Origin: Thermodesulfobacteriota bacterium
Lineage (GTDB): Bacteria > Desulfobacterota_D > UBA1144 > Nemesobacterales > JAJCZQ01
Direction: 5' to 3'
Assembly: GCA_965203965.1 (NCBI GenBank)
Contig: CBDBDR010000017.1
Span: 480,001-544,000, forward strand
Length of the DNA stretch: 64,000 bases
Below the pieces are notes generated by a model. That model searched no databases and had not been told where the DNA came from. It was given only the letters and a program-made list of their open reading frames with translations. Made by a program: the position numbers and the translations under genes. Positions 18,605 to 27,546 of this stretch are shown here, piece after piece (the first letter of the stretch is position 1; each line of letters starts with the position of its first letter).

Positions 18605-20446
18605 ATAGCAACGAGTAATATAATAAGGCTCTTTTTAATCTTTATTTGCCTCTTTGCCATTTCGTGTACAAGATCTGAGGCTCAGAGTGAAGATACAAGT
18701 AACAAAGAAACATCCGGTGGGTGGTTAATCTACCATCTGTCGTCCGAACCTGCAACTTTGAACCCAATAACCGCTACGGATATTTATGAGTCAATAATAA
18801 ACCGTAACATTTATGAAACTCTTACAAAAAGAGATAATAAGACTCTTGATCTCAAACCTCTTCTTGCAGAATCTTGGGAAATATCTGCTGATAAGCTGAG
18901 ATACAAATTTAAATTAAAGTCAAATATTAAATGGCAAGACGGAATACCGTTCACTTCCAAGGACGTTGTCTTTTCATATAAATCTATAATAAATCCAAGT
19001 GTTGACGCACCACATCTAAGAAACTACTATAAAGACATAATTGACGTAAAAGCCATCAACGACCATACGGTTGAGTTTATTTATTCCAAGCCTTATTTCC
19101 TCGCTCTTGAGTTTTGTGGGGGAATGCCCATAGTTCCAAGCCACCTGTTTAACAAGAAAGATATAACCCTTCCTGAGATCGGTGAAGGAATAAAGCAAGC
19201 CTCAGTTATAAGCGTCTTTATATCTCATGGAGACTCAATACAAAAGGAACAGCCGGTAATAGAAATAGAGACAGACAAGGCTGCTATTGAACTTCCATCC
19301 CCCTATGATGGAACAGTCAGTGAGGTGGCTGTAAAAGTAGGTGATACCATAGGTATTGGGCAACTCATAGCAAAAGTTAATAAAGATTTCAATAAAAATC
19401 CCAATGGGAGAAAACCCATTGGCACCGGCCCGTACAAATTTTCAAAGTGGAATACAGGTAGTGAAGTGGTGCTTGAAAGAAATGAAAATTACTGGGGAGA
19501 AAAACCGAAACTGCAAAAAATTGTTTTTAAGATAATAAACGACAGGACAGTGGCTTTCCAAGTTTTAAAAAGAGGTGATCTGGACTATTACGGACTTACC
19601 CCGATCCAGTGGGACAGACAAAGCAATACCAGGTCATTTAAAGAAAAATTCAATAAATACAGATATTTCAGACCCAACTATAGCTTTATTGGCTGGAATA
19701 TGAACAAACCTTACTTCAAAGATAAAAAAGTCAGAACCGCAATGACTCACCTGCTGGATAGGGAGCTTATACTGAACAAAATACTTCTTGGTCTGGGCGC
19801 AATCATCACCAATCCTTTCTACATAAACAGCCCAGAATATGATAAGTCCATTCAGCACTTAAATTTTGATCCTGAAAAAGCACGGAAATTACTGGACGAA
19901 GCAGGTTGGATAGACCATGATAATGACGGTGTGAGGGATAGGAATGGGGTTAAGTTTGAATTTGAATTTCTTTTACCTAGTGGTTCAGAAACCGGCGAGA
20001 AAATAGCAACAATATTAAAGGAAGAACTTGATAAAACCGGCATAGTTATGAAAATACGCAAAACGGAGTGGGCAGTGTTCACCACAAGGTTGAATGAGCG
20101 AAGATTTGATGCTGTAACGCTTGGTTGGAGCATGGGCGTTGAGTCCGACCCATACCAGATATGGAGCTCAACCCAAGCTGAGAGTGGCTCCAATTTTATC
20201 GGATTCAAAAATAAAAAAGCCGATGAATTAATCAGCAAAGCAAGGCGGGAGTTTGACAGGAAGAAAAGGATTGATCTATACCAGAAATTCGCCAAAATAG
20301 TTCACAAAGAACAACCATACACCTTTCTTTTCTGTAGTGAGTCAACGGTTGCTGTAAACAACAGGTTCAAAAACGTAACAGTCTATCCTCTGGGACTTGA
20401 TCCAGTTGAGTGGTATATCCCAAAATCACTTCAGAAATACTATTAG
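18605..20446 (+). CDS. Opp/Dpp-family (SBP_bac_5) substrate-binding lipoprotein with an inserted lipoyl domain
   Basis: EPATLNP, LAESWEIS, WQDG.PFT..DV.FS, PIGTGPYKF, A..LL.EAGW. The frame extends upstream of the listed TTG (18758) through a lipoprotein signal (IIRLFLIFICLFAISC) to an in-frame TGA at 18590, so the start is placed at ATA 18605 (uncertain). Confidence 0.88.
   Translation: MATSNIIRLFLIFICLFAISCTRSEAQSEDTSNKETSGGWLIYHLSSEPATLNPITATDIYESIINRNIYETLTKRDNKTLDLKPLLAESWEISADKLRYKFKLKSNIKWQDGIPFTSKDVVFSYKSIINPSVDAPHLRNYYKDIIDVKAINDHTVEFIYSKPYFLALEFCGGMPIVPSHLFNKKDITLPEIGEGIKQASVISVFISHGDSIQKEQPVIEIETDKAAIELPSPYDGTVSEVAVKVGDTIGIGQLIAKVNKDFNKNPNGRKPIGTGPYKFSKWNTGSEVVLERNENYWGEKPKLQKIVFKIINDRTVAFQVLKRGDLDYYGLTPIQWDRQSNTRSFKEKFNKYRYFRPNYSFIGWNMNKPYFKDKKVRTAMTHLLDRELILNKILLGLGAIITNPFYINSPEYDKSIQHLNFDPEKARKLLDEAGWIDHDNDGVRDRNGVKFEFEFLLPSGSETGEKIATILKEELDKTGIVMKIRKTEWAVFTTRLNERRFDAVTLGWSMGVESDPYQIWSSTQAESGSNFIGFKNKKADELISKARREFDRKKRIDLYQKFAKIVHKEQPYTFLFCSESTVAVNNRFKNVTVYPLGLDPVEWYIPKSLQKYY
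19154..19378 (+). other. In-frame lipoyl domain within the substrate-binding protein
   Basis: KKDITLPEIGEGIKQASVISVFISHGDSIQKEQPVIEIETDKAAIELPSPYDGTVSEVAVKVGDTIGIGQLIAKV; candidate lipoyl-Lys codon at 19277-19279. Confidence 0.93.
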
Positions 20447-20800
20447 AAAGTTTGTTGGAGCATCCAGAACCTGTAGTCTCGCCATTTAGAAAACGGTAAA
20501 TCTGACTTTAATATCCCTCAACAGCTCACTATCACACCCGATCCGCATGCCATCAATGAAAATCCCACGTTATAGTAGGATAATTGTTTGTAGGTTCCAA
20601 TACTTATCATCCCCTCGACACAAGGTTGATATGATCGTCATAATACAATCTAATCTATAAAACTTATCGCATAGAGTAAATATGATATATTATAGAGTTC
20701 AAAGTTTGTTCTGTCTCATTTACACTTACAGTTCACCTCAACAAGTTAGTTTAAATATGAATATGAAATGATAATTATTCTTCAATAATTACAATAAGTT

Positions 20801-21793
20801 ATGAAAGACTATTTAATTAAAAGGTTTATCTTATTGATTCCAACGATTCTCGGAATAACCATCATAACGTTTTGTATAATCCAACTTGCTCCCGGTAGTC
20901 CCATCCAGCAGAAACTAGGAATTGATGAAGGAATTAAAGCTGAGTCCATCACAAAGGACATAATAGAGCAGACAAAAAAATTGTATGGTTTGGATAAACC
21001 CATACACGAAAGATATATCATCTGGCTGAAACAAATCATAACATTGGATTTTGGCAATTCATACAAAGACCACAGACCTGTTATTGATAAGATTGCCGAA
21101 AGGCTTCCTGTTACGCTGGTTTTAAACTTTCTTTCGATTTTTTTTATATACATTATTTCAATACCACTGGGTGTCTATTCCGCAGTCAGGCAAGGGACGG
21201 TAACAGAAAGGCTGACGACATTCTTGCTGTTTATACTTTATTCAATCCCCAGTTTCTGGATGGCAATGATACTGATATTCTTTCTAGGTGGTGGGGAGTT
21301 TTGGAACGTTTTCCCGGTTTACGGTATTTCTTCACAAGGAGCTGAAAATTACAGTTTTGCAGGGAGAGTGCTGGATTTCCTTTGGCACATTATACTCCCG
21401 GTCTTTTGTCTGACTTATGCAGGACTCGCATCGCTTTCACGATTTCAGAAGGGAAGTCTGCTTGAAGTGCTTAGAGAAGACTATATAAGAACTGCAAAGA
21501 GCAAGGGACTTGATGAGAGAAAAATTCTATTTAAGCACGCTTTGAGAAATTCCCTGATACCCATTATTACAATTTTGAGTGCAATACTTCCTGCACTTAT
21601 AGGGGGTAGCGTCATTATTGAGACAATGTTTTCTATTCCCGGTATAGGCAGGCTAGGTTTTGAAGCCATATTGTCTCGTGATTATCCCGTTATAATGGCA
21701 ATTGCGACAATTTCAGCTTTCCTGACCCTTTTGGGAATACTGATCTCAGATATAGCCTATGTGTTTGTTGACCCGAGAATAAGTTTTGATTAA
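20801..21793 (+). CDS. Peptide ABC transporter permease, OppB/DppB type
   Basis: YGLDKP, DFGNS, IAERLPVT, EDYIRTAKSKGL EAA loop, RDYPVI, DPRI. Confidence 0.94.
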   Translation: MKDYLIKRFILLIPTILGITIITFCIIQLAPGSPIQQKLGIDEGIKAESITKDIIEQTKKLYGLDKPIHERYIIWLKQIITLDFGNSYKDHRPVIDKIAERLPVTLVLNFLSIFFIYIISIPLGVYSAVRQGTVTERLTTFLLFILYSIPSFWMAMILIFFLGGGEFWNVFPVYGISSQGAENYSFAGRVLDFLWHIILPVFCLTYAGLASLSRFQKGSLLEVLREDYIRTAKSKGLDERKILFKHALRNSLIPIITILSAILPALIGGSVIIETMFSIPGIGRLGFEAILSRDYPVIMAIATISAFLTLLGILISDIAYVFVDPRISFD

Positions 21794-21801
21794 AAAACGC
21801 C

Positions 21802-22797
21802 ATGAATAATGAAAGTTCAGGATACTGGAAAACAGTCTGGAGAGAGTTCAAAAAGGACAGAATGGCTTTGGCTGCTCTGGTTTTCATTGCTTTACTGGGA
21901 TTTATTGCAGTTTTTCAGGATTTTATTGCGGGCAACAAACCGATCCTGCTCATAGAAAACGGGAAGTTTTACACCCCTGCCGTATTAAATTATCCTGAAA
22001 TAAGCAGCTTTGGATCTAAAGAAGCATACATGGGGAAAAAAGATACATTTACAATATTTCCACCTTTCGCACATAGCCCAACTGAGAATGACCTTCATGC
22101 CATATTGGAAGCACCATCTATAAAACATCCGTTCGGGACGGATGACAGGGGCAGAGACGTGCTGAGTAGGATGATCTACGGAACAAGGGTTTCTCTTTCA
22201 ATCGGTTTTATAGCAGTGGGAATATCCACGTTGATCGGGATAATTCTGGGTGCGACAGCCGGTTATTATGGTGGAACAACAGATTTTATCATATCAAGAT
22301 TATTTGAAATAATGATCACGTTTCCCGTCTTTTTTCTGATACTTACAATTCTTGCATTCAGCAACCCGAGTATATACAACATTATGATAGTAATTGGTCT
22401 TACAAGCTGGACCGGGATAGCAAGACTTGTCAGAGGTGAATTCCTGAAATTCAGAAATTTTGCATTTGTGGAAGGAGCAAGAGCACTTGGTGGTAGCAAC
22501 CTGAGAATAATATTCAGGCACATAATGCCAAATTCCCTTGCCCCAGTTCTTGTAAGTGCCACATTTGGGATTGCCGGTGCAATTTTGGTTGAATCATCAC
22601 TCAGTTTTCTGGGATTTGGTGTGCCTCCACCCGAACCGAGTTGGGGAGATACGCTTTCACAGTCCCAAAAGTATGTTGATTTTGCATGGTGGCTTGTATT
22701 GTTTCCCGGTCTGTTGATATTCTTAACGATCACTTCACTGAATCTTGTAGGAGAAGGTTTTCGTAACGCAGTTGATCCAAAATTAAAGGACGTTTAA
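21802..22797 (+). CDS. Peptide ABC transporter permease, OppC/DppC type
   Basis: HPFGTDDRGRDVLSRMIYG, FVEGARALG, HIMPN, ESSLSFLG.G. Confidence 0.94.
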   Translation: MNNESSGYWKTVWREFKKDRMALAALVFIALLGFIAVFQDFIAGNKPILLIENGKFYTPAVLNYPEISSFGSKEAYMGKKDTFTIFPPFAHSPTENDLHAILEAPSIKHPFGTDDRGRDVLSRMIYGTRVSLSIGFIAVGISTLIGIILGATAGYYGGTTDFIISRLFEIMITFPVFFLILTILAFSNPSIYNIMIVIGLTSWTGIARLVRGEFLKFRNFAFVEGARALGGSNLRIIFRHIMPNSLAPVLVSATFGIAGAILVESSLSFLGFGVPPPEPSWGDTLSQSQKYVDFAWWLVLFPGLLIFLTITSLNLVGEGFRNAVDPKLKDV

Positions 22798-23780
22798 TGA
22801 ATTTAGAAAACGTATTAGAGATCAAGAATTTAAGTATAAGTTTTGCGGACAACAAGCAGAGATATGAGGTGGTAAGCAATGTCTCTTTGAACGTTCCTAA
22901 AGGGAAGATCGTATGTGTAGTTGGTGAAAGTGGCTGTGGAAAAACGGTAACCGCTCTTTCCATAATGGGACTACTTCCAATACCACCTGGGAACGTTGAT
23001 AATGGAAAGATATTTTTTGACGGCACAAACCTGCTTGAACTGTCTGAAAAAGAGCTTAGAAGCTACAGGGGAAACAGGTTATCAATGATATTTCAGGAGC
23101 CGATAAGTTCGTTTAACCCCGTTTTTACCATTGGAGATCAGATAGGAGAAGCATTAAGGATACACAGGTCCTTATCAAAGAATGAAGAAAAGGAAAAGGT
23201 GATTGAGTTGATGAAGACCGTCGGCATACCTGCCCCGGAAACAAGGATAAACAGCTATCCGCACGAATTAAGTGGAGGTATGTGTCAAAGAGCAATGATC
23301 GCTATGGCACTTTCATGTGATCCGGAGCTTTTGATAGCCGACGAACCAACTACTGCACTGGACGTAACTATTCAAGCGGAAATACTACGGCTGATTCTTG
23401 AATTGAGAGACAGGACAAAAATGGCAGTCTTGCTGATAACGCATGATCTTGGCATAGTGTCTGAAGTTGCCGATGAGGTGTATGTATTTTATGCGGGAAA
23501 AGTAGTTGAGAAAGGAACAAGAGATATGGTGTTTAATAAACCTTTACATCCATATACGGCTGGGCTTATGAGATCAATACCTTCTCTCAGTGAAAAAACT
23601 GAAAGTCTGCATACAATTCCGGGTTATATACCGTCTCCGAAAAATTTCCCAGTTTCCTGCAGATTTCAGGACAGATGTGAGTATGTCTTTGACAGATGCA
23701 GGGAAAAAGAACCTGGACTCGAAAAATTTGATGGCTCGCACTTTTCAGCATGCTACAGATCGGGTGAAATTTCAAAATAG
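22797..23780 (+). CDS. Peptide ABC transporter ATPase, OppD/DppD type
   Basis: GESGCGKT, YPHELSGG, IADEPTTALD, HPYT, C-terminal Cys motif. Confidence 0.95.
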   Translation: MNLENVLEIKNLSISFADNKQRYEVVSNVSLNVPKGKIVCVVGESGCGKTVTALSIMGLLPIPPGNVDNGKIFFDGTNLLELSEKELRSYRGNRLSMIFQEPISSFNPVFTIGDQIGEALRIHRSLSKNEEKEKVIELMKTVGIPAPETRINSYPHELSGGMCQRAMIAMALSCDPELLIADEPTTALDVTIQAEILRLILELRDRTKMAVLLITHDLGIVSEVADEVYVFYAGKVVEKGTRDMVFNKPLHPYTAGLMRSIPSLSEKTESLHTIPGYIPSPKNFPVSCRFQDRCEYVFDRCREKEPGLEKFDGSHFSACYRSGEISK

Positions 23781-23786
23781 TAAATA

Positions 23787-24755
23787 ATGAGCTTAGTTGA
23801 GATAAAAAATCTGAAGAAGCATTTCCCGGTAAAAAGTGGTCTATTTGCCAGAATAATCGATCACGTTAAAGCCGTTGATGGTATTGATTTGAATATAGAA
23901 AGAGGATCTACGCTTGGACTAGTTGGTGAAAGTGGTTGTGGAAAATCAACTCTTGGAAAGACAATAATAAGGCTTCTTGAACCAACTGACGGTCAGATAA
24001 TATTTGATGGCAGAGACATCACAAGGTTAAACACCTCTGCTTTAAGGCATATCAGAAAAAATATGCAGATGATATTCCAGAACCCCTATGGCTCTCTCAA
24101 TCCTAGAATGAACGTGAAAAGTCTTATTACCGAGGGTGTGGATATACACAACTTATACAGTAAGTCGGAAAGGGCAAGCATAGCAAGTGATCTACTAAAT
24201 AAGGTCGGTTTAGTAAACAGTTCTATGGACAAGTATCCACACGAGTTCAGTGGAGGACAAAGACAGAGAATAGCTATTGCTAGAGCACTTGCAGTGCAAC
24301 CTTCTTTTCTTATTTGTGATGAACCGATTTCTGCTCTCGATGTGTCAGTTCAGGCACAAATAATCAATTTGCTATCATCCCTTCAGCAAGAATTTAATTT
24401 AACCTATCTATTTATCTCACATGATCTCAGGGTTGTAAAACACATAAGCAACAAAGTGGCAGTGATGTATCTGGGTAAGATAGTGGAAATTGCAAGTAGT
24501 GAGGAAACTTACTCAAATCCACTTCACCCTTATACAAAGGTACTTATTTCTGCTATTCCCGATATAAAAAAGAAGAGCAAAAATACCGATAGAAAATACT
24601 CATTTATAACTGGGGAAGTTCCAAATCCGATCAATCCACCGATAGGATGCAGCTTTCACCCAAGGTGTCCAATAGCAGAAGAAAAATGTAAAACCACTGA
24701 ACCTAAACTGATTGATCACGGACAAGACCATAAGGTAGCGTGTCATTTGGTTTAA
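23787..24755 (+). CDS. Peptide ABC transporter ATPase, OppF/DppF type
   Basis: GESGCGKST, YPHEFSGGQRQR, CDEP.SALD, GC.FHPRCP, VACH. Confidence 0.95.
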   Translation: MSLVEIKNLKKHFPVKSGLFARIIDHVKAVDGIDLNIERGSTLGLVGESGCGKSTLGKTIIRLLEPTDGQIIFDGRDITRLNTSALRHIRKNMQMIFQNPYGSLNPRMNVKSLITEGVDIHNLYSKSERASIASDLLNKVGLVNSSMDKYPHEFSGGQRQRIAIARALAVQPSFLICDEPISALDVSVQAQIINLLSSLQQEFNLTYLFISHDLRVVKHISNKVAVMYLGKIVEIASSEETYSNPLHPYTKVLISAIPDIKKKSKNTDRKYSFITGEVPNPINPPIGCSFHPRCPIAEEKCKTTEPKLIDHGQDHKVACHLV

Positions 24756-24819
24756 TATCTTGTAAATATAGTTGCAATGTATTACATTAAGAAATTTCAA
24801 GTGCTTAAGTTGTAATAGA

Positions 24820-25335
24820 ATGCTAATAAAAACTGATAACATAACTGAAAGCGGGTTGGAGATAAAGAGTTGCCAAAGTGCCAAGTGGGTTACTAACATT
24901 CCTGAAATATTTAATGGAACCCGGGAACTGAGTTTAAATAAAAATATTGAGATCGATTGTAAAGCAACAAAGGTATTAAAAGAGATAAACGTAAACGGGT
25001 TAATACGATTTGGAATAAAGACTTTTTGTCACAAGTGCCTGAAAGAGGTTAAATTGGATTTGCAAGCTGACGTAAACATGACTTTAACACCAAAAAATGA
25101 GAGCGAGGATCATCAGGCTGACATTGACTATGAATTCTATGGAGGAAAATCAATAGACCTGTCAGGATATTTCAGGGAGCAAATTGCAATGAATATACCA
25201 TACAGGGTAATTTGCAAAGAGGTATGTAAAGGTTTATGTTCTAAGTGTGGGGCAGATCTTAACGTTGAAGAATGTGAATGTAAAAGAGACTTGGAAAAAT
25301 CTACGTTTGCAGTGTTGAAAAATATTAAAATTTGA
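24820..25335 (+). CDS. yceD: YceD/DUF177 23S rRNA accumulation protein
   Basis: C..CL and C...CKGLC..CG.DLN...C.C motifs, directly upstream of rpmF; ATG at 24820. Confidence 0.85.
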   Translation: MLIKTDNITESGLEIKSCQSAKWVTNIPEIFNGTRELSLNKNIEIDCKATKVLKEINVNGLIRFGIKTFCHKCLKEVKLDLQADVNMTLTPKNESEDHQADIDYEFYGGKSIDLSGYFREQIAMNIPYRVICKEVCKGLCSKCGADLNVEECECKRDLEKSTFAVLKNIKI

Positions 25336-25362
25336 TAATAATTTGTAGGAGAAACAACAACA

Positions 25363-25566
25363 ATGGCACTACCAAAAAGAAAGAAATCAAGATCAAAATC
25401 GAGAAAGAGACGAACTCACTACAAGGCAATCATACCCGGGCAATCCTTGTGTCCAAACTGTGGTGAGGTAAAACCTCCTCACAGAGCATGCCCAGATTGT
25501 AGTTTTTACAAAGGCAGGACTTACACAAAAGAACAGGAAGAGATTGTAGAAGAAACCCCTGAATAA
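25363..25566 (+). CDS. rpmF: 50S ribosomal protein L32 (zinc-binding type)
   Basis: MALPKRKKS..., CPNCG..KPPHRACPDC..YKG. Confidence 0.96.
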   Translation: MALPKRKKSRSKSRKRRTHYKAIIPGQSLCPNCGEVKPPHRACPDCSFYKGRTYTKEQEEIVEETPE

Positions 25567-25584
25567 GGGCAGGTTTAAGATAAG

Positions 25585-26517
25585 ATGATAGCTTTTGTTT
25601 TTCCAGGACAGGGGGCACAATACGTTGGGATGGGAAAGGAGTTTTACGACCAATTTCCTGCTGCAAAACAAGTTTTTGAAGAAGCAAGTGATATGCTCAG
25701 TTTTGACATGTCAAGATTGTGTTTTGAAGACAATACAGAGAAATTAAACTTGACGGCAAACGCTCAACCTGCAATTCTCACCGCAAGCATTGCGGCTTTG
25801 AGAGTACTGAATCAAGAAACAGGCATTAGACCGGATTTTGTTGCTGGGCACAGCCTTGGAGAGTATTCAGCACTGGTTGCATCAGGAGCGATGAATTTTA
25901 AAGATGCTGTTCACACGGTGAGAAAACGTGGTGAATTCATGCAGAGTGCTGTTCCCATTGGCATTGGTGCAATGGCAGCAGTAATAGGTCTGTCAAAGGA
26001 AGAAATAGAAAACATCTGTGAAAGGGTAACGAGTTCACAAAGCATAGTAAGTTCAGCAAATTATAATTCACCACAGCAAACTGTTATATCTGGACATAAA
26101 GAAGCAGTTCAAAGAGCAGAAGGCATGTTAAAAGAAGCAGGGGCAAAACGGATCGTTCCCTTGTCAGTAAGCGCTCCTTTTCATTGCAAATTAATGAATA
26201 AAGCAGCAGAAAACCTGTCTGAAGTTTTAAACGATATTCGGGTATCAGAGATTGAAACGCCGGTGGTTACCAACGTAGAATCCATTGCCAACAGTGATAA
26301 AACTAGGGTAAAAGATTTACTTGTTCAACAGGTTGTTAAGCCAGTAAGGTGGTTTGAGTCCATCCAGTATCTAGCTGAACAAAAAGTCAAAAATTTCGTA
26401 GAAATAGGTCCGGGCAAAGTTTTAACGGGACTTATTAGGAAAACAATTAAAGAAGTAAATTTGATTAACCTTGAAAACATAACTCAATTAGCTCATATTA
26501 AAAAAAATGGAATTTAA
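25585..26517 (+). CDS. fabD: Malonyl-CoA:ACP transacylase
   Basis: FPGQGAQ, AGHSLGEY, SAPFH, EIGPG.VL. Confidence 0.97.
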   Translation: MIAFVFPGQGAQYVGMGKEFYDQFPAAKQVFEEASDMLSFDMSRLCFEDNTEKLNLTANAQPAILTASIAALRVLNQETGIRPDFVAGHSLGEYSALVASGAMNFKDAVHTVRKRGEFMQSAVPIGIGAMAAVIGLSKEEIENICERVTSSQSIVSSANYNSPQQTVISGHKEAVQRAEGMLKEAGAKRIVPLSVSAPFHCKLMNKAAENLSEVLNDIRVSEIETPVVTNVESIANSDKTRVKDLLVQQVVKPVRWFESIQYLAEQKVKNFVEIGPGKVLTGLIRKTIKEVNLINLENITQLAHIKKNGI

Positions 26518-27250
26518 AGATAAAGTTGCATTAATAACAGGGGCATCGCGCGGGATAGGCAGAGAAGTTGCCCTGGAATTAGCTTCAAAAGGAGCTAAAG
26601 TCATTTTAAATTACTTAAAAGATGACGAATCAGCACAGAAAACCGCAAGCTTAATATCAAATAATGGCGGGAGCGCGTTATTATGCAAATTTGACGTTAG
26701 CAATTATGAAAACGTGCAGAAGCGTATTGGTGCACTGATTGACGACCTGGGTAAAATTGATCTACTTGTAAACAATGCTGGGACTATAAGAGACAGCCTG
26801 TTTATGAGAATGAATGAAGAAGATTGGGATATGTTGTTTAATATAAACATGAAGGGTGCCTTTAACTGCACTAAGGCAGTTATCAGAAATATGAGTAGAA
26901 AGAGATATGGACGGATTGTCAATGTCGTATCGGTGGTAGGAGAAATAGGCAACCCAGGACAGGCAAACTACTCAGCAACAAAAGCCGGCTTGATAGGATT
27001 TACAAAATCTATTGCAAAGGAATTTGCATCAAGAAACATAACTGTTAACGCAGTTAGTCCCGGTTTTATTGACACGGATATTACGAAAGATTTAACACCT
27101 GATTTGAAAAAGAAATATATGGATGCAATTCCTTTGGGTAGATTTGGCAAACCCGAGGATGTGTCGGGCATCATAGCTTTTTTACTATCAGATAATGCAT
27201 CTTATATTACCGGTGAAGTTGTAAAGGTTAATGGCGGCGTGCATATGTAA
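26507..27250 (+). CDS. fabG: 3-oxoacyl-ACP reductase
   Basis: TGASRGIG, VNNAG, GNPGQANYSATK, VSPGFI.T. Confidence 0.95.
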   Translation: MEFKDKVALITGASRGIGREVALELASKGAKVILNYLKDDESAQKTASLISNNGGSALLCKFDVSNYENVQKRIGALIDDLGKIDLLVNNAGTIRDSLFMRMNEEDWDMLFNINMKGAFNCTKAVIRNMSRKRYGRIVNVVSVVGEIGNPGQANYSATKAGLIGFTKSIAKEFASRNITVNAVSPGFIDTDITKDLTPDLKKKYMDAIPLGRFGKPEDVSGIIAFLLSDNASYITGEVVKVNGGVHM

Positions 27251-27294
27251 ACAAATACTTAAAATGAAAAACTATATTCTAGGAGGATTTTTTA

Positions 27295-27546
27295 ATGTCA
27301 GAGCAGGAAATACAGGAAATATTAGAAAAAGTAAAGGACTTGGTTGCAAGCCAGCTCGGTAAATCAAAAGATAAAATAACACCGGATTCATCATTTATTG
27401 AAGATCTGGATGCCGATTCATTGGACTTGGTTGAACTCATTATGTCAATGGAAGATGAATACGGATTGGAAATATCTGATGAAGATGCCGAAAGCATTAT
27501 AACTGTAAAAGACGCAGTAAAATTCATCATGGAGAATGCAAAATAG
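27295..27546 (+). CDS. acpP: Acyl carrier protein
   Basis: DLDADSLDLVELIM phosphopantetheine motif, acidic, 83 aa. Confidence 0.97.
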   Translation: MSEQEIQEILEKVKDLVASQLGKSKDKITPDSSFIEDLDADSLDLVELIMSMEDEYGLEISDEDAESIITVKDAVKFIMENAK

